From positions 800,721 to 864,720 of the forward strand of contig CM119271.1 in NCBI GenBank assembly GCA_051294375.1: a stretch of DNA of 64,000 nt, in the 5' to 3' direction. The notes beneath the pieces are model-generated. The model was given only the letters and a program-made list of their open reading frames with translations. It was not told where the DNA came from and searched no databases. Position 1 is the stretch's first letter. Every line of letters begins with the position of its first letter. A program made the translations under genes and the position numbers. Shown here one piece after another: positions 1 to 13,774 of this stretch. This DNA comes from Paraspadella gotoi (lineage: Eukaryota; Animalia; Chaetognatha).

Positions 1-619
1 TGGGATAATGAATCGGTCATCCGATTTAAAAGTTCCCGCGTTTCCAATGACCAATTTAAACCTGGCGTATTTCCCCTCCCTCCTCATTTTGGCACGAGAT
101 TGCAAATCGTGTCAAGGGAGAGCGTCCCACCCCCCACCCATTCCACTTTCCCGCGTATCTGATCGGCATTGTTTGGTTTTTCGGGTCTCAAATTTCGGAC
201 GCGCAACACAATAGACCAGGATCACTCAGATCCTTACGTTCCCTGGGTGGAACTGCCCATGGTCCATCTTTGTCCTCTACATTTCGTCCCATCTCTGAGA
301 GTCTTCGTGTCCACTGTCTCCGAAAATTTTCACACTCCCGCGCTCCGTTCTTGGCTCCATTTTCCCCCGGAGCGAATTTCGGGTTTCATGAAGTTTTCAG
401 CAATCCCTCTCCGCTGTTTTCCCGATTCTCCTTTTCTCGACGGTCAGACAGTCGTTTTACGAAGGGGCCATATCATTGTTCTTTTCTGTCATGAATTCCC
501 TTGGTAAACCGACTACATCCTTTTTCCCCTCCATCCGCAACAAATACATGATGTATCCCTTGCCAAGCGCGCGTCTTCCCACAAACTGCGCATCTTCTCT
601 CCCCTCCCCCCACTCAAAC

Positions 620-905
620 TTCGTGTCGCAACTTCGACCGGAGCTATTGAGAAATAAAAACATAACAGGCTTGACCGCAGAGTCTTTCAACGCCGCGTGC
701 GGCCCCACCCCCACCCCCACCCTTTCCCTAAGCGTTTACCCGCAATGCCGATCCCGCAGCGAGAAATTGAAATTATAAAAAAAAAAAAAAAAAAAACCTT
801 TATCATCTCGCTATCAGAGCACGCGGTGGTTACTGTTTCGCTGGTTCAACGCTGTTCGAGGGCCCGAATTTAACGTTAACTCGCTGGGTGGTTATTCTTC
901 GCCAT
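620..905 (-). other. Possible 5' end of a minus-strand gene continuing off the left edge
   Basis: GC-rich island with a palindromic YY1-like motif CGCCATTTTAAAATGGTCG (900-918), a short uORF MAKNNHPAS* (905-876), ATG ATA AAG|GT (806-798) and a possible 24-nt exon 643-620 after a good acceptor (TTTCTCAATAG). No downstream exon could be identified. Confidence 0.2.
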
Positions 906-3900
906 TTTAAAATGGTCGCTATCCCATTATCAGTGAATGAAACGCGACCCAAAAAAAAAAAACTCTAGCCATGACTTCTGTTGTTTCAGATCTCGGACTC
1001 GGGAGTTTTTTGCTTTTCTTTCCACGCCCTCTCTATCGTTTTTTACCCCTTTTCATCACTCCGGTTCAGTAAATAACAACAAACAGCAGCCAGAGCATTC
1101 CACAACTTCCGTCCAATTTTGCGGACTGTGAAAAAGAAAAACCCGGCTTCTCTTTCTTCCTGAAAAAGAAATTGCTCTCGTAGGTGCAAATGGCCTTAAT
1201 TTTGTCATGCCGACAGACATAGTGTTTACTAAAAAAATTTTGATTTTTGCATTCCTGCAATATTCTCAATGTTTTTTGGGAAAACCTGCAATATATAGCT
1301 ATACTCTTCTCCCAACGGTAGCATGACAATCTGGAAAGCACTGCCATCCCAGCGAACATCGCCATCCCTTAACCCCTTCCCTAATACACGCTACAATTTC
1401 CGAGTCCTTTGATAAAAAAAAAGTGGACTAGTCTACGAGCCGATACAGTAAGATCTCCCAAAAAAGGCTTGCCGCCTCATTACAAAAAAAAGTTATCAAT
1501 CTCAAATTACAAATCGTGCCACGCGTCTCAAGTTCACCCATATAAAAAAAAAATACAATGAGAATTGAAGTCAAAATCTCCCACACTGGCATTTATGCTT
1601 AAGAAATTTTACAAGTATTTGTGGACAAGATCTCTGAAGAAAAAATACGAGCATGCCAAAGTCATCCTTGCTTTGTAGGAGCGAACACTGATAAATCGCT
1701 CCTTCGTCGATATTCCCACCCCCTGCCCTTACCTCCTTTACCAAGTCTCGAAATAGAGAGAGCAAAGAGCGCAAATAAGAGAAATTAAAAGAATTTGGGT
1801 ACTTCGTTATTATATTATTACTTACGTCGCTGTGGAAAAAAAAAGAATGAAATATTATCGTCGTATCGCTTCTTTTTTTTTTTAATTAAACGTTCGCTTC
1901 ATTTTTTAAAAATTGAAATTGATATTTGCCAAAATGATATTAAATGTGCTTGCTGCCACTTCATTGTTGAGCGTGATATGAAATCATATCATGTATTTTT
2001 CATATAAAAAAAACTATTCCTCAATTGTTCGCGTAATAATAATAATAACAATGACCAAACTAGTCTTCGGTTATCTCGCTTTTTAACTTGATTACCGATA
2101 TGGCCTGACATTTCCGTTATTTAATTTCACGATTAATCCTCTTTCTCTCTATCATTTCCCATGAAAACCAACAAAAAAGGACTAATAAAAAATTTTGAGC
2201 CGTTAATTACACGATTGGTGCATGGTAAAATTGGTAAATGTCCACCATGTATCGGTACCAAAAGAAAACATAAAAAGGTGGTTATCGAATATTTTTCTTT
2301 TCCAGGCTTAGTGCCGTTAGCGGTATAAAAAGACTCAAAAAGAGAATTTGCCGAAATCTTCATCCTGATTTTTGGCTAATAATCCCCACCTCCCATTTTT
2401 TAACAATGTCGTCAAAAACTGCCTTACTTTTAAAAAAAAAACTATTTCCTTTTGAGTTTCTAAACCGGGTTTTTGGCAGTGATTTGTTCACCAGAAGTAT
2501 TTCGCAATTGTATTTTGTAATGTTATTGCATGATATCACGTCAGTTTTTTTCTCTGGTATTAAGCTAAACCACCTTTTTTCCTAATTGCGATCTCTTTGA
2601 CCATCCGTGTCAAGATTTTTATAATGTGGAATATTTGGAATGCAATTGCAACTATGGTAGATTTTTTTCACCTTAATTTTCAGTTACAAGCGCTAGACAT
2701 AGTAAGCACACGTCAGGCTGTCTTGTAGTTCAATGTTTTGTTTTGTTTTTGTTTTTTCTAATCAGTGTTTTATTTCCAGTCAAGTTATAGCGCCTTTCTC
2801 GTTGGACTGCAATTGGGAGGCGCATGTATTACGAGTTGCCCTTCCATTATTGACTATTCTTACACTATTTCTGTCTTTCTTCGTATATTAATTTAAAATA
2901 GGTGATTTATACAAATATTAATACTAATACTGTGAATATCATCAGTTAATCAAAAATGTTTTTCGTAAAAAAACTACTTAAAGATGACCGCATCAACAAT
3001 GTCTGCGGTAAATTTTATTCACTCAACACGTGAAGACAAAGGTTGTTTAGTCTTAGATAATTTTAACTTGTATAATGAGGTGATATACTCACTTTAGTCC
3101 GCATTGATTAGTGATTATTGCGACGAAAAGCCAAAAATTGATATAAAAAAAATTAAAAAAAGCTTTTCTATTGCATGTATCATACTCGGTATAGGATTGA
3201 AGTACAGTTAATAAGTTGATTCTCAATTCCAGAGGTGCTTGCTATTGAGATAGATTTGTCCGTTGAATTTTTTTTCAAGTTTGAACGGATTGGCCGGATC
3301 CAAGAATCCGAGAGCCTTCCTTCGTGCGTCATGTTCTCATCATTATATTTCTGATGAAAAATGCTCTAAATTGTTCTTTACAACAAAAAACAAAAAAATT
3401 TAAAAAAATCTATAAAAACAAAAAAAAAAAAAAAAATCCAGAAAATCACCCAAAAAAATTACAAAAAGAAAAACAATCATTCTGGTCTCATTTATGAAGA
3501 AATTTTATTAATTGTACTGTTAGTTATCAACATTGTCTTGTTGACTGCACTTTGAACACCGTTTTTTACTTTGGTCCCTCTAATTCTTTCATTGATGTTC
3601 ATTTTAAATCTTGTCTTGACTCTTCTATACCATTGTTTGAGTTTCACTCGTTTTCTATTGTCTTTTTCCATCCACCTTAAATTTTATCTGATGATGTCAG
3701 ATTCAATCGCATTGCTGTGGTATCGTAGCATAAATTCTTTGCTGCAAACTATTTCCTCTTACGTCAGAGCAGCCGAGTATGTCTAGCATTTAAAAAACTG
3801 TATTTAAAAAAAATTGCCTGGCATTGTAAAGTTTTTGAAAGCTGTCTAGCCTAGAGTCTTGTGATAATAACAACGAATAATACTTTGAAATATTTTAAAA

Positions 3901-5389
3901 AAATATTTAATTTAACAGATTTTAGTACTGTTCTTTGCTATTATGAATGTTGAACAAGAGTCAAGGCGTAGTGGCCGGATTAACCAAACTAAGCGTGGTA
4001 ACTCCGATAGTCTGAACGGAAGACTAAACAAATTGTGAAAAATTATTGAATAAAAATATTTAGCTGTATTGAAATTACGATTTAAAAGATATTCTCCCCA
4101 AAAAAAAACTTTCTTGACCAGTTAGCAAAGTTTAATGCCGATTTAAATTTTATTTACGTAGAATTATTTTGACCCGCAGATGATTGGTTAACTATGCTCA
4201 ATTTGACAATTATATATTATCTGCCAAGTTTTGTCGCAGCTTGACCATCAAATCTAATTTGAATGGGCAATAGTGTAGAGAGCTGCTATTGTATGCTAAT
4301 CTCATTTAATCAATCCAATAATTGTAAAGTTTAACGATGTACAATAAATATTCTTCCTTATCACTTCAGAATATTATTCGACTTTATTTTTAATTTTATT
4401 ATTTCTCGTACGCCACTACAGTTAATATTTCCTCATTATAAGATAAAGATAGCTTGAAATTGTAGTTAATATAGCTTATATATATTATGGGGGATTATGA
4501 TGAAAATTTAGTTACTAGTACAACTATTACTACTGCACAAGTGTAAAAGTTAGCAATTTATTCAAAAGTTAGATTGTCACGGTTTCGAATAAACCAGATT
4601 TGATCTCTGAATATCAATAACTAATATTGGTTTTTTAAAATTACTTAATTTTTTAATATTAAACAAATTAAAGCAAAATTTCAAATCGTATAATATTTAT
4701 TATTTTTATAAAGCTTAATATATATTTTAATGATAAAAAATAACCCTTATCCTTTGTTTGGACATGTTTAATATCAGTAGTACTTTTGTGGTAGCTTCTC
4801 TACCATTTTCCTTCAATCGTGAATTGCAAATAAGTTAAGAGCTACATGATTGATATTTTCTCGTTATTATTTAACTCAAGGTTAGGGTTCTTTTAAACCT
4901 TTTTATCAGAAAAAAATAAACTGCAATATAATTATATATTTGAACATTTAGCACAAATTAAAAAAATTGTTTAAGATTAAAACTAACTTCTTGTTAACTT
5001 CTATTATAAAATTTGTAAAGCCATTATTAGACCGAGAAGCTAAACTCGGATTTTCAAAAAACCTTGCAGATATGATCACACTGACATATAATGCTAATTC
5101 GAACCTCGACTGACGAGTACTCTATGCTCAAAAGGTTAGTACACTGGACCAGCTTACTCGAATATGCAAATGAGATAAACGAGTCACGAGAAACCAGTAT
5201 GAAAGAAAAATGTATTTTAATTATTAAATAATACTCGCTTTTTTATTAAAATACTTTAAACAATAATAACAACTCATTTTAATATTTGTTGGTTATAAGT
5301 ATGTGAAGTATTGCCGTATTTGTCTATCATTATCATTCTAAAAACAACAATTACATCGGTGATGAGGAAATTGCTACAGTCCACTAAGG

Positions 5390-6010
5390 ATGGCTCGTCG
5401 GACTAAATCCAAGTCCACTTTGAAGAAGAGTTTCTCTAAATATCTCGGTGGCATTTTGTGGAAGGTATAGTGTCGGGTCGCCGTGAAGTTGTCGATATCT
5501 TTCTCGCCCGCCGCACTGACGCGAATCAAAATTTCTACAAACGAACGACAAGTCCACAAAAGATGCCGAAAGGGGATCCCGCTGAAGAAAAGAAAAAAGA
5601 TCTCTTCAGTTGACGACGCGTTCCTACTGGACCTGGAGGATGTCCACGCCCTCGACATTCTTTCGTCAGATGACAACGCTTCACCGCGCAAGAAAAGATT
5701 TCTTTTCTGTTCTTCTATTGGATGCCGAGATTCGAAATTCATCGCGGAAGTTAGGATGCTCTCATTGCATTTAAATTGAATGGGAATGAACCATCGGCGG
5801 CCCACTGCGGCCAAAGGATCGCCGAGCTCCGTAAGATTTCATCAAATATCCTGTCATTGTATCGAGGTTGACAACGAGCTGCTCAGACGCGAGATTCAGC
5901 GACATTTCGACGCCGATTTTTTTGCCGATGCCATCGACGAGGTCTCTACCAACGTGCGAGATAACTTTATGGAGCAAATTCAGTCGACGATGCGTTTCAT
6001 CAGCGGGTAA
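5390..6010 (+). pseudogene. 207-codon frame with two in-frame stops (TAG 5468-5470, TGA 5777-5779); unknown basic protein, pseudogene or unresolved spliced gene
   Basis: GC-rich island in AT-rich DNA. ATG 5390 (MARRTKSKSTLKKSF...), ORF 5483-5779 and ORF 5780-6010 are all in one frame. GT donors precede both stops but no phase-compatible AG acceptor giving a normal-sized intron was found. Confidence 0.3.
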
Positions 6011-6346
6011 TAGAGCGGAAAAGAATAGTGAAGCTTATTTCCATCGAGATTTCTCTCGATAGCAATATTTGACGCCGGAGATTCACAAAAAAAAGTTTAA
6101 AAATTTCATATTTTTACTTTAAAAAAAAAATTCGAGTTTCCATTGCTGAAAACGAAAATTAAATCTTCATATATGTCAAACTCAAACAAATTTATAGAAT
6201 CGTATATTTAATAAATTATAATAATAATATATTAAACAAAGTTTAAAAAATATTTTCATCAACGATTTTTATTTAACGATATATGGACATGATTGATTTA
6301 TTGAGTCTATAGCGTAATAATTCATTTACAATATTGTGTAAAATTA

Positions 6347-6395
<49 letters not shown>

Positions 6396-6514
6396 AGAGA
6401 GAGGGCAAAAAGTTTCCAACACAGAGATAGTGGTTAAAGAATGAGTACAGTTTAAGTTGAGGTCAGATCATTGGTGAAAGAGAGAGAGAGAGAGAGAGAG
6501 AGAGTGTGAAATAT

Positions 6515-6900
6515 TATGCCTCGCCTCAGTTACTTTTATTCTTCTTCTAAGCCGAATTAGTATTTTTGACCGTACTTAGTTGTCCTCCGAATCGCAAATC
6601 TGATATTTCGTCGTGTCTTGTTGTCAGTCTCTGAGTCATAATTTGGAGAGACTCAAAGGCAGTATTTAGTTCGTTTTTTGCCTATTTCAAAGTAGCATCG
6701 CCCGTCCTCAACGAGTTTTACAGGACTTTTTTATGTATATTTGAAGTAAAATACAAGTTTCTAGACCTTTATCTCCACTTTTTATTCACCATTTCCTCGA
6801 GATTCAGCGAAAAAGATTCATTCAATCCTACGTCAGACTTTCAAGGGACGGACGAGGCCGCGAACGCACGAGATCACGAGCGTGAAATATAAAGGATATT
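6515..6900 (-). mobile_element. HINE/DINE-1-like interspersed repeat (family H2)
   Basis: Reverse-complement match to 32705-32910 plus 33680-33890 (e.g. CGTCCGTCCCTTGAAAGT.TGACGTAGG); GTCC motif and terminal hairpin as in Helentron-associated elements. Confidence 0.45.
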
Positions 6901-7384
6901 TCACAGAGAGAGAAAAACAAGAGAGACAAAATAATGCATTGTGCAATGTACAACAAGGAATAAGTTTAAACTAATAATATATAATATTATTATAGGTAAA
7001 ATTCGAAATCAAATTTATAAAAATTTCGCCGCGATTTACCCGCATTATAAACTAATATCAAATGTTCATATACTTGAAAATTCACCTCTGTAATACGAAA
7101 TTCTCCAAGTTCATACGTCTTGCCTTGTCTTGCAATATCTATATCATACAATAATTTCATAAAATAACTGTATTAATCCTTTCAGCTTCGTTGAGTTTAG
7201 AGATTTAAACAAAGTTTGAAAATAATTTCATCAACGATTTTAAAAATGAAGAGTCGAAACATGTCCTTACAAAACTTTAAAAATGAAATATTCAAACTTT
7301 ATTTTTAAATGTTGGACACAGGCTTTTAGAAATCCAATTTTGGGGAAAAAATCTTAATGTGAGGTCGAAATGCCAGTTTAGTCG

Positions 7385-9590
7385 AAATCGCTTTGAACTA
7401 CCTGGCTGAACGGGCATTTCCAATTTTTCCACAATTTTTTAAAACGTTTATAATCATTATTCTATTTAAATTATTTTTTTAAAATAAAGAAAAAGTAAAT
7501 ACACTTTTATCTATATTAACTTTATATTAATCATTAATTTGAAATAACCATTTTAAAAAACAGGCCAGCAAGTAGCATTTTCTGCCTGTTTTGACTTTAT
7601 CAATCACTTTAAAGGTAAAGTTCAATCAAGATTGTATAAAAATGTATAAAATATATATTGTAATAAAAACTATTTGCTTCATTTAAAGATAGGTTAAAAA
7701 CTTTTTAAATTTTTATTTATTTATTTATTAATTATATTTTCAAGTAAATGATTACTGAAAACATCCAATCGTTTTTTTATTTTTAAAAAGACCAATAAAC
7801 AAGTAATTTTGGTTTATTAAACACAATGCAAAGAGAAAAACTATTGTTTATGTTTTAATAAAAAATTATTAGAGGAAAACGCAAATTTTTTTGAGTCTTT
7901 AACAACATTATTTTTTTTATAAATGGACAAGTGGTTCGACTCTTAGTTTTCGAGTCTTTCATCAGCATTAAAAAAGATTACATTTCACAAACTTTTTATA
8001 TTTGTTTAAAGGGACGAGAGAGAAGGAGGAGATATTGAGGGAGAGAGGAGAGAGTTCTCAACAAAGAAATTGAGTAAAGGACAGTGGTCAATTTAGGCAC
8101 AGAGTGAGAAAAGTGAGGGAAGGAGGAGACGTGAAGTACATTTGAAATAGGTTAAAAAGAAAGAGAGAGAGAGATGACTAATCATTTGCAATGTACAACA
8201 GTGAATAGAAGTGAAAACGAAAGTAACAAATTAATTAATAAATAAATGTTTGTGAGATTTGGGTTTAATAGGTAAGAATGAAATATGAAAAGGAAGAATA
8301 AAGTTTGGAGGATAGCTAAGTAAGTTTTAAAGAAAAATAGATAAAGAGCTCAAAATGAGCTTGGTCCCCTGGCCGGGCCATGAGGGACATACCGATTGCT
8401 CGGTGTATTTGGCCTGTAAGGCTGAGAGGATATTGTGGTGTGGATTGGTTTCGCTGGTCTGGCAAAATCCGGCTTGGAACATGCCAAGTGCACTCGCTAT
8501 ATCTCTCGGCCTATAGGTCTGCCGAAGGCCTCTCTTCTCACATTGACAGCGGCAAGTTTTCTGTTCCGGCCCGTTTGAAACGGGAATAAGATCCCCCTCC
8601 TTGGCAGCCCGTGTTTTTGGGCGCGCTCACACGAAAGAGTTGTGCCAAGTTGCCGCAGCCCAGAGAGCTCAATCATTGCCTGCTAGAGTCCCGCCTACCC
8701 GTTGAGTGGGACGGGGAACAACCCGGCGCTGAGGTGGCGTGCTGCTCCCCACAGTTTTGATTAGCGGAATATATCTTGAGGAGTTCGAATCGTCCTCCAC
8801 ACGGTTCAAAGAGGTTCCGAGGTTTGATGATTACTTTCGTTTTCACTTCATCATTTTAACATGCCCAAATATGATCTCTCTCTCTCTCTCTCTCTTTCTT
8901 TTTCAATCAATCTCATTTACTCACCTCTCCTTCCTTCCTACTTTCTCCTGTCCTAAACTGATCATCCAACTTGAAATGTTATTCACAATTTTATCTTTAA
9001 ATTAAATTTCTTTAATAAATTAAAAAATAAACTCGTGAAAATCTGTGAATACAGTTTTTCATCAGTACTAATAAAAAGTTATGGGAGACATGGTGAAAGG
9101 AAACCATTCCATCTCTCTCACTCTCTCTCCTCTTTTTTTTCTCTCATAACATGTCTCCAAAAATTTTTAATTTATGCTGATTGTGATTTGATTATGAAGA
9201 TATGACTTCCGCGAAACATGTCATAATTTCAAATATGAAGATAATAAAACTTTACAATTGCCAAAACAAACCAACGGACATGTACTTATCTGAATTAATG
9301 TTTGCAAATATAGTGATTACATCTAGTTAAAAATCAGAATAAAATTTTTAACAAATTTTAAAAACCCTATTTTTTAATGAGGTAATTAGTCTCGTTTCAG
9401 GGCTAAGAAAGAAAAAATATTAAATGTACAATCATTAATTGTACTTTAAGAGACTGGGTTAATAAAAAGAATAAAAAACTAATTAAATTTGTTTATTTTC
9501 ATTAGATATTATATAATACTACAAAAATTATGGGAAATCTAAAAAAACTAAAAATGCTCCATTCAGGCCTGGTAGTCCAAGCGATATCGT
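7385..9590. mobile_element. Degenerate TIR element with nested repeats
   Basis: TTGAACTACCTGGCTGAACGGGCATTT (7392-7419) is an imperfect inverted match to AAATGCTCCATTCAGGCCTGGTAGTCCAA (~9552-9580). A homologous inverted copy of the left part lies at ~16790-17450. Confidence 0.35.
7925..8400 (-). mobile_element. Penelope-like pLTR remnant with variant minimal hammerhead (CUGAUGA...GAAC...GUC at 7925-7968)
   Basis: Minus strand reads GCTGATGAAAGACTCGAAAACTAAGAGTCGAACCACTTGTCC. Shares a GA-rich tract, the TGCAATGTACAACA motif and GAGCTCAAAATGAGCT with 13341-13930. Confidence 0.5.
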
Positions 9591-11989
9591 AGGTTGCGAC
9601 GGTTTTTGACTCACCATCAGGAGTTCCCTACCCCAATTAGTATAGTTAGCCTGTCCCAACAGTAAAAATGCAAGCTTTAATATTTTTTTGAAATGTTTTA
9701 ATGTCCGTACATAAACTTGTTTAAATAATAATCATTCTAAAACACGGACTGTTACAATTAATCACAGAAAAAATATGGAAGAAATACGGAAGATGAAAAA
9801 AAATCCCGAATGATCACGATAGAGAGACGACGAGACGAAAGTCAATATCTCTCTTATCTTTTGGTCGTCTGGACTTTACATTTATTAAACAAAACTTATT
9901 GCAATGTTAAAGAATATGAGTATGTAAATATAATTTACAAATAAATATTAAGCAGAATTATGAGGTATTAAGAAAACTTATAAAGTTTGGATGATATATT
10001 TACCAAAAGAAAAACCAGATTAAGTTCATTTCGATAAAACAGATCACTTTAATTTCAAAAACGCCTTTAATTACAATTTATAAAAGTTTTTTAATAGAAA
10101 TTTTTTTTCTGAAATAGAAAATTAATTTTTGTTAACAGTTGAAAAAATCTAAAGGAAAAATCCAGGTGTCTTCACTGAAAAAATCATACAAAAGAACAGT
10201 TTCTAGATCCGAAGACTCGTATTTAGGAAATTAGCATATTTTGAGAAAGCCGTTTTTTTTGTAACTACCTTTACGCTTAATTTCAGTCAATTTTGCCTAT
10301 CTTATAAAAACTTTTATTGCTTTGTGAATAATCATGCCAGGTTTTTGATTTAACTCGATGTACTTCCATAGTTAGATTTTGGGTCTACCATTATAAAATG
10401 AATCCATTCATATACTTAAGCATCTTGCCCCTGATACTGGACAGTAGAGTGATGTAAAAATGATACAATTTTAAAAAATAAGATTTAGCATATAAAACAT
10501 AAAAATAAAAACTAAGAAAAATACTTTGGTAAATTTATTTTTTAATTGTATACATTTGTTGGCACCAGTGAGCTATATTTATATATAGTATTAAGTATAT
10601 AAAATTTCTAATTCTTAAATTTTAAGATCGAATTTGGATTCCTTGCAAAAAGTTAACATAAGAAAGTATAATTCTTTTTGAAAAATTATTTCATTAAGTT
10701 GGTTAAAAATGTAAAAAACTATATTTAAGACGCCGATTTTCAATTTTCCGTTTAAAAATATAGTTTTTTATAATTTTAATTTTTAACCTACTTAATAACA
10801 TAATTTTTGAAAAAGATTTATATTTTCTTTAATCAACTTTTAACGAGGAATCTGAATCTGTTCTCAGAATTAAAAAAAAAATATTAAAATTTTGACATTA
10901 TATAAGGGTAGTACTATATATAAAATAAGCTGACTGGGCTATTAGGGGTAGCCCCACTCAATGGAGTGAATCAAAAATTTAGAATGATTGTATGCTCAAA
11001 CGAAAATTTATACATATTTAAGTATACTTTCAATGGACAAAACATTTTTTATGGGGCTTTATACCCAAATAATTAATTTTTTAATATTTATTTATAAATA
11101 AGAAAGGCCAAAATTTTTTTAATAATTTTTAAATTTTAAGACAAGATTCAGATAGCTTATAAAAATTTGTTTGCACAAAGTATATTTTTTTTTTAAATAT
11201 TTTCATGATAAGTGAGTCAAAAATAAGAAAAACCGTAAAGAATATCATCATCATCTTTCGATGATTTTCAGTTTTTTTATATTTACACATCTAGGAGAAA
11301 AAAACCATTTGTTTTTATCAACGAATTGTTTTATAAAACAATTCGTTGATAAAAACAAATTTTTTTCTTTTAAATTTCAAAATGCAACGAAATTGATAGT
11401 TTATACACAATATTTATACATCGAAAACGTAAGAATTTTTAAAAGCTGTAATTATATTTTTTGTTTAACTTTTAATGCTCTATCAGAAAACATCAAAAAA
11501 TTTTAAGATTTCAAAAAAAAAATTTTATAATGTTAAAAAAGACAAGTAATATTTAATATATTAATCAAGACGTATAATATAAATTTTTTAAAAAAATGAT
11601 TGCTTAAATATTTAGTCAAGACAACTAAAAATACTTAGCTAATAGTCGAAATTTTATATTATCTCTGGAGTTGGTCCCTACTACTATATTTTTAAAAAAA
11701 TAAAAAAAACTACAGATTAATATTTATTAATGTGATAGTTTTCAAGATATAACTGCTAAATTTTGATTCCAAACTTTCACTTCACCCTACTGGACAGGTT
11801 ATTTTGGCATAAGGCCTTCTCCCTCTAAAAAGACTATTTTAAATGTAAACTAAAAAGGATTAAATATTTTTAATATATTTTTTAATGTATTAATAATTTA
11901 TATAAATGTTAATAAATAATAATGCATATTTATATCAAATTAATTTGAGTATTTAATTACTATTTTCTAATAAAATTAAGGTTTTACAC

Positions 11990-12530
11990 TTTTTATCGTC
12001 GCAATCGCTTTGCGTTTGCGACGATCGAGTAACGCTTTTGGGCATAAGTGGCGTAGTCGTTGTCGTCGGCGTTCCAAATTATAGATCGCCTTTTTTTAAT
12101 GATAATTGGGTGTATGAAGCTGAAAATTTATATACGGCTTCTCATAATCGATGTGCTTAAAATTGAGTCAGGACAGTTATTTTAACAAAACAAACAAATT
12201 TTCTCTCTTTTATTTTTATATCTCTCTCTCTTTTCTCTTTTAATTATAAGTCTCTCTCCCTCTCTCTTTTCCCTAGTCACTGATTCATAGGGAAAAAAAG
12301 AGTTGCAGCTGGTTCTGCAGGGGCTTATTCTTTTTCTCTCTTTTCTCCTGCTGCAACTTTAATTTTCCTCGGTACTTTATTATTTTTTTTATTTGACAAT
12401 CGCAAAATATAATTTTTCTTTCTGTTTATAAATTTTTTTTCTCAAATTTTATTTTTTTAGTATCAAAATTTTTCGTCAATCCAGATTTTTCTTATACGAT
12501 TGCGACATCCTTATGATTTTAAGATTTTTT
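11990..12530 (+). mobile_element. HINE-like element (family H3)
   Basis: Subterminal inverted repeats GTCGCAATCG (~11998) / CGATTGCGAC (~12497) and a 5' hairpin. Homologous inverted segments at ~61710-61830 and ~44230-44265. Confidence 0.45.
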
Positions 12531-13340
12531 ATAACCCGTTTTATTAGTGTATCAAGATGGATTTAGATTTTCACAAACGTTTACACAAGTGATCACACAT
12601 ATAAATACTTTAATTTAAAACACCTTTTATTCGATTTGAAATTCTCAACATGAGAGATCCCGGTCGATTTTTATCTGGCTCCTAAATTATGCAAATTAGC
12701 TTAAGATCGAAATTGTCAGATAACGATGACTCTCTTTATTCGCGTAATTTTAAACGTTTTATTGTTGTAATATTATAAATAATTAAATATTTAAGTTTTT
12801 AGAATATATATTATAGATTCAATTTTGACCGGGAGAAATGTTCGTAGACCTCAACGGAGCATGTCTATCGATTCGTCTTTTTATGGGCTATCTATTGGTG
12901 TAGTTTTTAAGTGTTTAAAAATATGTTCTAGGGTGTTACAAAAGCGTTAAAGTCACGTGACTGGCGCCAAAAACATAATTTCATGACTAAGTTGGTAATT
13001 TTTTTTTTATTTACATTAAAACATAGTTGGAAACAGATTTAGAATTAGAAAATGACTTGCTGAAGCTATTTATAATATTGCTTTTTAATAATTTGTTTTT
13101 AAATATTTATAATAATAACCGGAAGTTTTTGTCTAGAATTTGATTAAACCAAATGGTTCGCTGAATTGCATATCTACCGGAGGATACTCTGCTTTTCTGA
13201 ATTGCTTTTACTTACACCACTAGTTTAGTAAATACATATAGGTTAAAAACAAGTTTAAATAAATTTTTGGCTCTTTTAAAATTATTTTTTTAGTAGAAGA
13301 GACGAAAAAGTTTTTACTACAATGATTTATTTTATTCAAT

Positions 13341-13378
13341 GGACATGTTTCGAACTTTTGTACAAGTCTTCATCAGCA
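13341..13378 (-). ncRNA. Minimal type I hammerhead ribozyme (Penelope-like)
   Basis: Minus strand TGCTGATGA-AGACTT-GTACAA-AAGTTC-GAAACATGTC: complete CUGAUGA/GAAA/GUC core with palindromic ACAUGU stem III, typical of dimer-acting PLE hammerheads. Confidence 0.75.
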
Positions 13379-13731
13379 AATATCAGTTTTAAATATTGGG
13401 AAAATGTTTGTGTTAAAGAAGAGTGTGTGTGTGTGAGAGAGAGAGAGAGAATGAGAGAGAGAAAAACAAAGTTTTCCAACAAAATGGAAAGAAAGAATAG
13501 TGGTCAGAGGTGAGGACAGGTTGAAGGTAAGGGCAGAATGAGTGAGTTGTGAAGAAGAAGTGAAAATGGTCAATTGAGAGAGAGAGACAATTAGATAGTA
13601 AAATAACAATACATTAGTGCAATGTACAACAATGATATAAAGTTTTTAAAACTGAATAGCGGTTTTTAACAATTAACTAGACGAAAAACACTTTTTTTTA
13701 GTTTTTCACAACGAATTTTTATTTGTATAGT

Positions 13732-13774
13732 TGCAGACATGTTTCGAACGTATATTTCGTTCATCATCAGTGCT
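13732..13774 (-). ncRNA. Minimal type I hammerhead ribozyme (Penelope-like)
   Basis: Minus strand GCA-CTGATGA-TGAACG-AAATATA-CGTTC-GAAACATGTC-TGC: intact core, 5-bp stem II, 3-bp stem I. Confidence 0.8.

Noticed and set aside
620-806. MIK|LRSKLRHE as the N-terminus of a NEDD8 E2 (UBE2F/UBE2M)
   Set aside because: Only 11 residues; no UBC-domain exon found in the window.
5468-5779. Stop-codon reassignment or selenoprotein readthrough
   Set aside because: Other genes in the window use standard stops with no internal stops, two different stop types are involved, and no SECIS was recognised.
8700-8730. GTGGGACGGGGAACAACCCGG resembling the twister L1/P2 segment
   Set aside because: No P4/L4 (UCCNAAGC) nearby; probably coincidental.
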